This document shows, one piece after another, positions 14,108 to 25,226 of a stretch of DNA of 64,000 nucleotides (its first letter is position 1; every line of letters starts with the position of its first letter). Origin of the DNA: Leidyana gryllorum EB-2025a (Eukaryota; Protista; Apicomplexa); contig JBLWGC010000140.1 of assembly GCA_048772705.1 (NCBI GenBank), positions 282,143 to 346,142 on the forward strand. The letters are read 5' to 3'. Under the pieces are notes generated by a model, which saw only the letters and a program-made list of their open reading frames with translations, had not been told where the DNA came from and did no database searches. Made by a program: the position numbers and the translations under genes.

Positions 14108-14936
14108 ATGGTTGAAGTCTCTGCACAACGTCAGCTCGGCCGCGTTAAGTGGTTTGATGCCCAGAAGGGTTGGGGGTTCATTCAGCCTGCTGACGGTTCG
14201 GACGATGTCTTCGTTCACCAGGAGTCCATCCAGGCTGAAGGCTTCCGGTCACTCGACGACGGCGAAGACGTGAGTAATTAACAATCCCACATAACAACTT
14301 CCGCTCTATCTGTCTGTAATCATCCGCTCGCTTGAGTACCCTCCCCAAACTCTCTCGAATGCTTGACTACTACAGCTCTGTGTGTGTCATATTTCAATCA
14401 ATGTCGACTCGCTCGTGTTGGACTGTACAAATTCCCTCTTCTCTTTCAAAGGCCGTTTCTTATCGAAAGTTTGTACTGTTTAGGTTGAATATGAGACGGC
14501 CACGGACTCGACTGGCCGCAAACGCGCTATCAATGTGAGTGGCCCAGGAGGAGCTCCTGTGAAAGGCACTTCACGCCACACTGGCTTCGGCGGCGGACGC
14601 GGACGTGGCGGAAACTACGGCGGTGGCCAACGTTACGGTGGTGGCAACCGCTACGAGGACCGGGGTGGAGCTCGCGATTACTATCAAGACCGTCAGGGTG
14701 GCGGCAACTACCAAGGTGGGTATCGCGCTGACTATCGCAACGACCACCAAGGAGGAGGCTATCGCAATGAGGGCGGATTCCGCGGAGAGCAGGGCGGAAA
14801 CGGAGGCGGCAGCTACAATGGCGGTGGCAACGGCGGTCAACAATACCGCGGCGAACAGTATCGTGACTCATACCGGGACCAGAATGGTTACCGTGGTGGG
14901 GACCAGGGTCGTTATCAAGAACGTCAACAATACTGA
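14108..14936 (+). CDS. Cold-shock-domain protein with Gly/Arg/Tyr-rich low-complexity tail
   Basis: [15 protein letters not shown] and [17 protein letters not shown] (RNP1/RNP2); intron 14270-14483; then [18 protein letters not shown] and RGG/YxGG repeats. Confidence 0.92.
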
Positions 14937-15330
14937 ATGTCTTCCTTTCGCTTCTAAGTATCTCTCTATCGCTGAGGACCTCTCTCTACTGTCTTGACTG
15001 AATAGGCGATTCTTATTGCACCCAGAAGAAGACTTGTTAGATGACTGAATCCGCTCCTGAGATATATTAGATGATACGATTGTCTGGAATGATTAAAACT
15101 TCTGTGTTGTTCTCCTCTGCTGTTAAGTTACCAATCCGTCACCATGCCAATTCCTTTTGCTGCAGTTGGCATTGCAAGGTAGACTACTGTGTGTGCGGAA
15201 GTGTGCACGCATTACCAAACCGCCGGCAAATGCCGACTCTTTGTGACAACTATTCAGTCAGATCATCTAAATAACCTTATACCTCCCGACCTTCCGACAC
15301 ACTCTTATTACTCACCCCCAGCACATGTCC

Positions 15331-15872
15331 TCTTCACACGCCCTCACCGCACACTCGATAGCAGAGTTCACACATTTCCCACACATTCTCTTCACACGCC
15401 CTCACCGCACACTCGATAGCAGAGTTCACACGCCCTCACCGCACACTCGATAGCAGAGTTCACACGCCCTCACCGCACACTCGATAGCAGAGTTCACACA
15501 TTTCCCACACATTCTCTTCACACGCCCTCACCGCACACTCGATAGCAGAGTTCACACATTGCCCACACATTCTCTTCACACACCCTCACCGCACACTCGA
15601 TAGCAGAGTTCACACATTTCCCACACATTCTCTTCACACGCCCTCACCGCACACTCGATAGCAGAGTTCACACATTGCCCACACATTCTCTTCACACACC
15701 CTCACCGCACACTCGATAGCAGAGTTCACACATTTCCCACACATTCTCTTCACACGCCCTCACCGCACACTCGATAGCAGAGTTCACACGCCCTCACCGC
15801 ACACTCGATAGCAGAGTTCACACATTTCCCACACATTCTCTTCACACACCCTCACCGCACACTCGATAGCAG
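15331..15872. repeat. Minisatellite: 11 copies of a 34-bp core, with or without a 24-bp extension (58-bp and 34-bp units)
   Basis: Core cacacgccctcaccgcacactcgatagcagagtt; extension cacacatttcccacacattctctt. Confidence 0.95.
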
Positions 15873-16139
15873 CGTCCACACAACTCCCACACACACCCCG
15901 GCCCACTTATCCATGCACCATGCAACATATACTCGTTGTCAAATATCGGAAGGGTAGACTGAGAGACACACACATATATGAATGTTGACATGTTAAAGGA
16001 TCGCATAAGGGTCCATGAGTGTAGTATGTTCGCAAGATGTCGGGATGTCTCTCTCAGTGGCACATTAGGGTAGAGAATTATTGTTGTATCATTGGGAGAG
16101 TTTGGTTGGTTTCTTGGGTTCGTGGTGACAAAATCGCGC

Positions 16140-18237
16140 TCAGAGGAGAGGGTACTCGTTGTGCTCAAGGAGCAATGGAAGGGTTTCTTCATAACTAGGT
16201 GAGGGTGCTGTATCTGTGAGGCCAGAGAGCTGGCTGGCAGCAGACATTTCAATGAATGATCCACGTTGAGTAACAAGAGTGCTTTTTCCGGTCTTATGTA
16301 ATTCGCCTTGTTTCCAGTCTGGCAGTAGGACGAAGGAGAGGGGTAAGACCAGTAATGGCAGACAGGTGTGGACCCATAGTATGAGGCTGGGGAGAGCGTC
16401 AAAGTTGCAGTTGTGCCCCTGTATTGCAGAATGGGAGCACTACTCCGCCGCAGCGAGCAGAGGCTTACTTTACTGGTGATTCCCACGAGCTCAATGAGAC
16501 GGTAGCCGAGCACTTTGGAGACTTGTTGTCCAAAGTTCATAAAGCCCGCTATGACAGCATATGTGCAGCTTTCGACGTCTTTGGGGCAGAGCTGAGCGGT
16601 CAGTAGAGCGGTGGGCATGAAGTTCAACATTGCCATCATGGGCATCAGCACGGCGTCTCCAAATAGGTAGAAAGAGGCATCAGAGATGCCCAACAGTCGA
16701 GTGTTCCACCGTCGTACTAAGACGTAATCGAACAGGGAGCCGCAACTTTTGAGAACTGTGCTCAATATAAAGACTCTCCGAACCGTCCAATGACAGAAAA
16801 TCCGACGGAACAACCAGATGCCAACCGCCCCAGCAACGAGACCGACTATAGACAGTCAGTCCATCGACCGGTCTTCAAGATGAGACAATCAATACTCACC
16901 AGTGTTAGTGTAACTTTGGTAATAGGTGTAGCTAAAGTGAGGCCCATCGGGGACGCACAGAGCGTCGGCGGTGTACCAGCGGTCAAGGGCCCCCGAGATC
17001 GAGAGATAGCAGATCTCTGTCCCGAAGAAGAGATCAAATATCACATTTGCGGGACCACCAAAGACCGGCCCACCTTGAAGGAACAGGAAGAGGTTGCAGC
17101 AAGCCAACATTCTGTCGAAACAGAAGAACTGAGCTACGCTCAATGCGCCGCCCGTCAGAACCACATATAACACCAGAGCATTTGGCCAATCGATTAGGGC
17201 TGACGATGGGATCGAAATGCCCTCAATCAGAAGCAAGAGTGAGAAGCTCACCCAGAATCACCAATCCCACTGCCACTGCCGCCATAGCCAGCGATAAAAG
17301 TACAACACGACGGTGCTCCATCAGGACCGCCCTCTGACGTACACGAAGATGAGGCGTGACACCCACATAATCCTTTGGCATCCAATTTAGGTACACTGGA
17401 ATGACCGCCAACATCATGGGACAGACCACCAACTCGAATATGATACCCGGCCCAAATGTATCGACCAAGAAACCAACACTCAATGCAGCCACCATCGCTC
17501 CAGCTGTGACGCACCACCACACGAACGATACGAGTTTGGCGCTATTGGAGACGTGGATGTGTCTTGGGGGCTGACTCGCACTCTCACCCGGTATCAGCGG
17601 CGTCGGACGACTGCGGATCATTGACACGCCGCAACTGCATCTGCAGCTCATTCTCCTGTCTGATCAGCTCTGCGATGGGAGACATACGCAATGTCGGTCG
17701 AGCTCCCGCTGAGAGTGACACTCAGCCGCCTTACCCGAGTACTTCCCCTGACAGAGCAAGTCGAATGTTGCGACCTGCAGGTGGCAGAAGATCATCAGAA
17801 CGGCAGCCTTTCGGGGATCAATTCCTGAAGCAGACAACTGAATTCGGCGGGCCGCGGGGGGACAGACTCAAGAGACTTACGGTCAGAGCTGAAGCCGAGC
17901 ACCAGCGCGGCTGTGCATCCCATTGTACCAGTGATCAGCATATAGTAGCTGTGCTGCCGACAAGAGTGATCGGCGGATAGATCCGATTAGGGGCGATTCA
18001 CCTCTTCTTGTATCCATTGATCGGGAATATATCACTGAGAGCACCCAGCAGCCCTTTGGCAGCCCATGGCACAGTGCTGATGGTTGAGAGGAGTTGGAGT
18101 TGGGCCGCATTTACACCTTTGGCCACATAGTAGGGTAGTTGCACTTGTTGTAGGAAGGTGTGGGTGGTGCCTTTGAGGCCGATATAGACTACTGCTAGAA
18201 GGAGTGCGAATGTGGTTGGGACGGGAAGCCCCAACAT
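16140..18237 (-). CDS. BT1-family folate/biopterin transporter (multi-exon)
   Basis: PWAAKGLLGALSDIFPINGYKKR and AQLCPKDVESCTYAVIAGFMNFG are BT1/FBT signatures. Many TM segments; last exon NFDALPSLILWVH... ends at TGA 16140. Confidence 0.88.
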
Positions 18238-18282
18238 TGAGTTTGAGCGCTGATTTCACGCACTAAAAAGGGATGAATGATA

Positions 18283-19902
18283 TCACATCTTGACACAGAG
18301 GCCATTCTTGAGTTTGTACTTTCTGGGGCACTCGAGTTTGGCCTCGAGAATTTCAGTGCGTTGACACTGTCCATCGGTACCGATGAAGCCCTTGGGGCAC
18401 TCGGCGAGGGCTGGAATGACAGTTGCGATTTCGCATTCATCTCCGACTACATGGCCTTCATCACAGTAATAGACACCTAGAACAGAACTAATTCTTGAAC
18501 ACTCATTGTTGAGCTTATTCAGTGAGAATCCGGGCGGGCATTCTTGACGGGGAAGACGAGTTTCGACCTTGCGGCATCGTCCATCGGGACTCGGCAGACT
18601 TCCATCCTCACAGATGTTGAGGGCCGCGGCAATCTCGGAGGCTTCACACATGCCGGAGCGAGCGATGAAACCGGTGGGGCAAATAACCTCCGGAACGACT
18701 GCGACGATCATCTCACACTCATCTCTGTAGGTGGGTTTGTATCCGCGAGGGCAGCGCTCGAGGGGAGACTTGGTGCTCGACTGGACACAGACTCCCTTGT
18801 CGAGGGTGAAGCCGCGAGCACACGCTGGCTCGGCCATGCTGGTGGTGGTGACAACGCAGTTTCCGTTCTTGGTGAGAGTGCCCTCGGGACAAGCGACATC
18901 GGCCTTCTGCGTGAAGACGCGAACACATTGGTCTCCCTCCAACTTGAATCCAACGTCACAGACCGCTTGGAGAGCCTGCTCGAGGACTTTGACACATCTG
19001 TTCTCGCTCCTCTCGAATCCTGTGGGACAGACATACTTGGCGGGCTGAGTGAGAGTGAACTCGCAGAGTTTGCCCTTGGATTCTCCCTGGCCACAGCGAT
19101 GGATAGGTTTCAAGATGGTCTCCTGGTAGCAGACATCTTCGCTCTGTTGAGCCTTGAGTCCCTTAGAACACTGGAAGATGGGCTGTTGCTTGGTCTCCCG
19201 GACACAGACATCGTTGACGAGCACGTAACCGGCAGCACACTCCTTAATCGGCTTCTCGTAGACCCAAGACTCACATCTCTTGCCAACAAGTTCAAAGTTG
19301 TGCGGGCATCGAAGGTCGGCATTGATACGAGTAACAGCCATGCAGCCGCTACGAGTCTGTTTGTAGCCATCAGGACACACGGTCTTGGCGTGAACGGCAC
19401 CCAATTTGACACAGACTCCGTCCTCCAAGACCCAGCCAGAGTCACAGGCTCCAATTGAGGGTAGAACGTCCAACGCTTCACACTTCGATCCTTTCATGAT
19501 GGTACCTTCCGGGCAGCTCAGCTTGGCTGCCTTGCGTTTTCGTTGGGAACAGCGCAAACTGCCATCCTCGATGTTGAAGGAGTCAGGACAGAATGAGGTC
19601 TGTTCAGCGTAGATCACACGTACACACGCGCGGCCCTGCTGTTCATACCCTTCTGGGCAGATTAAATTTGGCGATACAGTTTCTGGGTAAACACGTTCGG
19701 GGCCACCCTTCACAACTCCGTGAAGGAGCGATCCACGTTCTCCCAAAGGCGTTATAGCCACTTTGGTCGGTTCGGAATATCCATTCGGAGTGCCTTGATA
19801 GATGCGCTGGCCATCACAGTCATATCCGTGACATTCCGCCGTCTGTTGTGAGTCTTCTGCAGTTACCAATGATACGATGCCAATAACGAATTGCCACTTC
19901 AT
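18283..19902 (-). CDS. Oocyst wall protein (COWP/OWP-like Cys-repeat protein)
   Basis: Signal-peptide-like MKWQFVIGIVSLVTA; dozens of Cys spaced about 10-12 aa apart in CPxG(F/Y)xxxxxxC units; single exon. Confidence 0.85.
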   Translation of the reverse strand: MKWQFVIGIVSLVTAEDSQQTAECHGYDCDGQRIYQGTPNGYSEPTKVAITPLGERGSLLHGVVKGGPERVYPETVSPNLICPEGYEQQGRACVRVIYAEQTSFCPDSFNIEDGSLRCSQRKRKAAKLSCPEGTIMKGSKCEALDVLPSIGACDSGWVLEDGVCVKLGAVHAKTVCPDGYKQTRSGCMAVTRINADLRCPHNFELVGKRCESWVYEKPIKECAAGYVLVNDVCVRETKQQPIFQCSKGLKAQQSEDVCYQETILKPIHRCGQGESKGKLCEFTLTQPAKYVCPTGFERSENRCVKVLEQALQAVCDVGFKLEGDQCVRVFTQKADVACPEGTLTKNGNCVVTTTSMAEPACARGFTLDKGVCVQSSTKSPLERCPRGYKPTYRDECEMIVAVVPEVICPTGFIARSGMCEASEIAAALNICEDGSLPSPDGRCRKVETRLPRQECPPGFSLNKLNNECSRISSVLGVYYCDEGHVVGDECEIATVIPALAECPKGFIGTDGQCQRTEILEAKLECPRKYKLKNGLCVKM

Positions 19903-20113
19903 GTTGTCCACTGAACGATTTGATATTCAACGTTGCTCACACTCGACTCGTTCCTCTTGCGAGCGCGCACGCCTGTTTGTTTGCCCTCACTTCCACACAT
20001 CATCCAGGAAAACTCACAACTTCAATACACGTCAATTCTATCGATACACTTGTGCTCAAAAACAAATTTAGGCCCCCTTACCCTGACCACACTGTTTAAA
20101 TCGTGTGACGGCC

Positions 20114-22693
20114 ATGTTCTACGCACCTAATGCACCTGTTCCCGTAATAGAGCTCGTTGATCCCAATGGCATCTACAATCGTCAATTCGAGGGCTACCTA
20201 CAAAGGCTGGCCCCCCAGTACGAATCGCGCCAACTACAGCTCCTTGAAAAAGAAGCTAAGGTCAATAACAATAAGCCGCACTGCCAGAACCTAACCTCCT
20301 CGGCAACAATAACACGTAACACGGACTCAGATCGGACAGAATCCGAAGATGATGTCGATAGTGACCAGTCCGGCGGTGTCAGCCGGCCCAGATCAGCCAC
20401 ACAGTCTGAAGAGATCTCGGACACCGAACAACAACACAGCTCTTCCTCTGTCTCGGAAGAAGAGGAGGACGAAGAAGATGAGCTGGAGTCCGCTAGCGAG
20501 GATGATCGAGAGTCCAGCTGCAGTGATGACGACGACAGTGAGGAGAGCGAGGTCGCTCTCAGTCATTATAGTGACGACGCCCGCGAGGATAGTGCATCGC
20601 CTCCCAACGAAGTGAAGACTCCTCCGGAAGAGGAAGAGACTTCTTTGTGCAGCAATGATGGGAGCAATCTCGTGCCTAAGGTATTGGAGGCCCGTGATCA
20701 GGCACCAGAGGACGGTTCGGGTGGTGTATTGAGGCCGATGGATGACGAGGAGAACAGTATGGCAAACAAAGCTAAAAGGCTTTCAGTTCTCCAAAGCCCT
20801 CGAGCGGAGCTCGAGGATCAACCCTTCAATGTCTTTACCGTGGTGGGCCCGCCGAGGAGTGGTGTCAGTGAGTCGGACATCGTGGAGACGTGTATGTTTG
20901 AGTCATTCCTCCAGGTCACCTGATGAATCTGATGTTCAATTGCTCCTTCAATACAGCGGTGCACGCGGCTGACGACACCAGGAGTGAGGACGGGGATCGA
21001 GACGGCACCCGGACCACTCTTGGGCTCTGGGCGGCCAAACTGCGACACACCGGAGGCCGGCACATGGTTCTGCTGGAAGTCGGAGGCTTCAAGGGAGACT
21101 CGGACGAGCAGAAAGTGAGTGATCACCTGCCGTCTCCCATCGCATTCAATCTTGACAGAGACTCTGGGAGCAGTCACTGACATTCACTTTGGCGGTTTCT
21201 GACGCAATTGGGGTCAATGTCTATGCCCGAGACCTCAAGAAGTATTCCGACGAAAACTACCCGGAATGGCTCCTAGAGACTCTTAAGCAAATCGTCACCA
21301 TTCAAACCAATCTCCAACATCTCAGAGATCGGTGAGGAGACGCCGATTGGTATCGTGTGAGACGAAAACACTCTCCCCCCCCCATTAGGCACCTTCCGAA
21401 GGCTCGGTATATTCTCTATTTCTTCGTGAGAGACTGGGATGGGGATATTGAGGACCTCGAGAGAATCGAGGACGAAGTTGTTACTGAGATGATGGAAACC
21501 GTTTGGAAAGCCGCGAGCCTGCCGCCGCACCTCGTAAACTTGGATTACGAAGAGTTCTATGAGCCCTCCGTCATTGCTGTCCCTTGTCTCCTGAAACCCC
21601 GAGCCAAGGAAGTGGCCAGGTTTCTTGCTGATACCCCAGAACAGTAAGTCTTACGTCTAATGGTTTGGGGGAACCGCATCCGTTGTTTCCGTCATCTATT
21701 GTGTCGATCATGTCGAGCCGTCTCCCTCCTCAGGATCTTCGGCGACATGCCAACGGCATATGGTGGAGACGTCAGTATCTGCGAGTTTGCGCCTTTCTGT
21801 GAGCAGGTTTGGGAGGAAGTTCGCTGTGGATTGCCTCCGCCATATTGGCGACGGGTGGGCGAGTTGTTGATGATGGCTCGGTGAGATGCACACATCGTTC
21901 TCTGCCCACTGAATGTCGACATAGATGTGTTGTGTTGAAGGAGCGAATAGCATTTGAATTGGTCGAGCGGGTCCGAGCTGAACAATACGCCGACTTTAAC
22001 GCTTATTGGGATAAATGTCATCCCAGACGGATGGTGAGAGTGGCATACGGAGAATTCCGTCTCTATGCCGGCGGCTACCCGACACGCATTACCAAACCGG
22101 TGGCCTATACCCTCTACGAAGCGTGAGTCGCTCGTTCGAGTCCCTCTGACACCAAATCGGGGTCTCTTCTTTAGAGTCTGCGCCGCGTACGATCCCATTG
22201 TCCAGGAGGCCGCTGGGAGACTGCTGACGATTATTCTTGAAAAGATTCTGGGGCTGCGAGAGAAGATGGTGCGGAAGAATCGCTTGTCGGACCAAATCAA
22301 GTGAGTCTCGTATTCCAGACACAATCGTGGGATGGAATATCGTCGTTGCTTCAGAGGGATAAATCGCGGCCGAATGTTGCGGAATTTCGATACTTTCATC
22401 GACGGCACCGATATGAATGTCACTCTGGATGACGGAACCCGAGTCACATACAATTTCTACTTGAACGAAATGCGAGAGTGGCTGGTCACGGCCATCAACA
22501 GGATCTTTGACCAACCGATCAACGTGCACGTAACGGAAGCACCCGTCCCGCCGGACTTTGTGAAGGCTGTGAGTGTATGCTCTCTCAGTCAGCAGAATCA
22601 GTATTTACTTGTGGGTTGCAGGGTAAAGCCTCGAGCGCTCCGCGGTTCGAAATACAGATAGTGGACAGGCGCCGATCTACAAGCGACGATTGA
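20114..22693 (+). CDS. Degenerate RHD3/SEY1-like GTPase-fold protein with acidic N-terminal region (multi-exon)
   Basis: Spliced FNVFTVVGPPRSGVSHLMNLMFNCSF (G1-like), RTTLGLW (G2-like), VLLEVGG (G3-like), TLAVSDAIGVNVY, LYFFVRDW (G4 RD) and VWKAASLP follow the RHD3/Sey1 motif order. 3' end is tentative. Confidence 0.62.
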
Positions 22694-24133
22694 CCTTCCT
22701 GAGAGACCGATGGGCTTCTGGTACTGCTGGTTCTTCCTCGGTTGACAGACTGGGAGGGGGTGTCGGTTTTGCGTCACCGTCGTCCAGGTCGACGAGGATG
22801 GACGGGCGGTTGATCCGCTTCCAACTGATATGGCTCCCCTGCGTTATTCCTTCCATAGCGAGACGTAAAGCTGCAATCTGTGGGTCCTCCTCGCCCCCGG
22901 TCTCAACGGTCGAGTTACTGCTCGACGCGGAATCCAGAGACGTGTGAGACCTGCCCGATAGCGGTGACACTCTTGCCAACCCCACAGAGCGCTTCACGCG
23001 GTACACAATGTTCTGAGTAATGAACCCGATCATAGAAATCAGAATCAATGTCAGAACCAACTTGCAGCAAAAGTTCAGACCATTTCCACTCGACTGCAGA
23101 CATCACAAAGGCTGTACGATCAGTAATTCTTTAAACTCACCACGAGAGCTTTCAGCTTCTCATTGACCTCAATGACCTCCGCATTGGCCTCATCAGCTTG
23201 TCGACTTAACTCCAGCGCCATGCGCCCCTGCTCTTCGGCCTTGTTACCTATCTCTGTGGCGATAATGTTCAGTCGATCCACTACTTTGCCGACTTCCAAC
23301 AATTGTTTATCCTGAAACGAACCTTTGCGTTCAGCCTTTGCAGCGCGGGGGTGCAGAAAGGGTCGACAAAACCGAAGCGGGGAGGCGGTGAGAGGGTGGG
23401 ACTTACGAAGTCTTTGTCTCGAGCATCCCATCTATTCATGACCGCCTGCTCCTCGGCTGTGGGCTCCCGCCATTGCCCTCCCGCCCCATTGTCGAACTCG
23501 GGAGGAGGCGCTACTCCAGCCTCTTCCATCTGAGATCTGAAGCGGAGGACGTTATTGTTAAGTCAGGCGAGTCGCCTCCGAGGGAGCGGGAAGAGACTTG
23601 GGATTGGAACTCACATAAAGTCGGTGAGAGTGATGATTTCAGACTCCGTAAAGTCGGTTCCGCGTTTGGCTAATTCTCGGCAATCTTCAATCTGGCGTTT
23701 GATGACTTGCATCTCTTTGAACCGAATATCCAGTTCATCTGCGGAGATGCCTTTATTGGCCTTCTTGCTTTGTTTCTTGAAGATCTCCTTCAGAGTGACA
23801 AAGTTTTTGTTCAGTTCGTCCAGATTCTTGCTGATCTGCGTTCGTCGTTGAATAGCCTCCACGGTATTCCCGCTTTGAGACTGAATCTCGTACTTCTCCC
23901 GAATGAATTGCTTGGTAGAAAAGAGCATAGCGTACATTGACTTCTTCAATCTGCATCAAGCTATAGATATCCGATTCGACCAATACACTCACGTCACGAA
24001 TTCGTCAGTGGTCGCGGCTTGTTCATCTTCTGTACCCAAACACGCGTTCTCGATCCGGATCACTTTGAGCAATAACTCTTCCAATTCTGGAACGACCTCA
24101 CACAAGACAGCAGCCCTCACTCACGCTTCCCAT
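22677..24133 (-). CDS. Qc-SNARE, SYP7-like (multi-exon)
   Basis: N-terminal helical domain; SNARE coil DKQLLEVGKVVDRLNIIATEIGNKAEEQ with zero-layer Q; then NFCCKLVLTLILISMIGFI TM, resembling the SYP7 NFCID motif. Confidence 0.7.
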
Positions 24134-25226
24134 AAAAGTTGAGGGGGGGAGGTAACTTTCTGTTAGCGGGACTGGCTATCGACCCTTGCCGGTCCGGGTT
24201 CTCCGCCCCCACCACAGTCGGGTCTGTTTGGGGAGGGTTGGGCTCCTCCTTCTTGGCCGAACGCCACATCACTAGCCCACACCAATTTTTGCCACACTAT
24301 ACCACACAGTCTCTCATCAAAGCCCCACCCCTAACTAATACCCTCGAGAGCGAACCTCTGAGTGCTCGACACCCGGTACGCCCTCAATCTACACTCGTCA
24401 CTCCACACACACACTGTGTGAAAGACATAACAGGACCAACATTTAAAAACTAAATTCGCTTTAATTTTTATCCTTGCTCAGGGGCATTAGTATTATCAAT
24501 GACGCTCAGCGGACGATATACTAGTTGCTTGATTGAAAACTGACGCACCACTTCCCGTCGTTACGCACCTCTGCGTATCGCAATTTCTGCAGGGCCTCTG
24601 GCCTGACAAAGACCCGATGTGGTTTATCTCTTCGGGTCTCGATTCTTTCTGCAATATGCAGGTTATAATGGGGACGACTCTGAAATGGGGATTTCCGGCG
24701 ACACGACACCCCTTCTTGACGAGAATGCAACTGTGGTAAGCTTCACGACTCCTCTGGAGCGAAGCGGAGACGAGGGGCGCATCAAGAAAACAAGTCGATG
24801 CTGTGAAGAGAGGACACTCGACTCGGGTGGTCATTCTAGACAGAATCAGTCTTTTCTCGTGTGGGCTGCGAGTTGGTGAGAGGAACAATTTGTTAGCAGA
24901 GGGAGTATTGAAGACGAATACTCGCTATAGCTCCGGGGTGAGAGATCCATCACCCCTCCAAGTTCGAGCTGGGAGGCCTCGACGGGCGTTGGAGACCCCG
25001 CAATAGGGACCGAAAAGAGACGCCTTGAACCAGCAAGCGCTTTCCGAGGCCAGACTCTCTCCCATCGTTACTGACCCCGTCTCGCCCAGCTCCCTTCCGA
25101 GGGGTCCACAACGGTTTCCCATTTGGTTAGCAGCCGTTAGGCTCAGTTAGATTTGTCTGTGGCATTCCTTCTCTTAGTATCCACTTTGGCGCAAATACCC
25201 TTCCAAGTATTCGTGATAGCTAAAAC

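Noticed and set aside
15331-15872. CRISPR-like array (34-bp repeat with intervening sequence)
   Set aside because: The intervening segments are near-identical or absent rather than unique spacers; there are no cas genes and the context is eukaryotic.
15842-16420. C-terminal half of the 323-aa ORF as part of the BT1 transporter
   Set aside because: It reads through an intron; the spliced last exon is in another frame and stops at 16140.
18544-19458. 304-aa plus-strand ORF
   Set aside because: Antisense to the oocyst wall gene, with no independent motif.
24496-25122. Short overlapping ORFs at the compartment boundary
   Set aside because: No recognisable motif or convincing exon chain; left unannotated.
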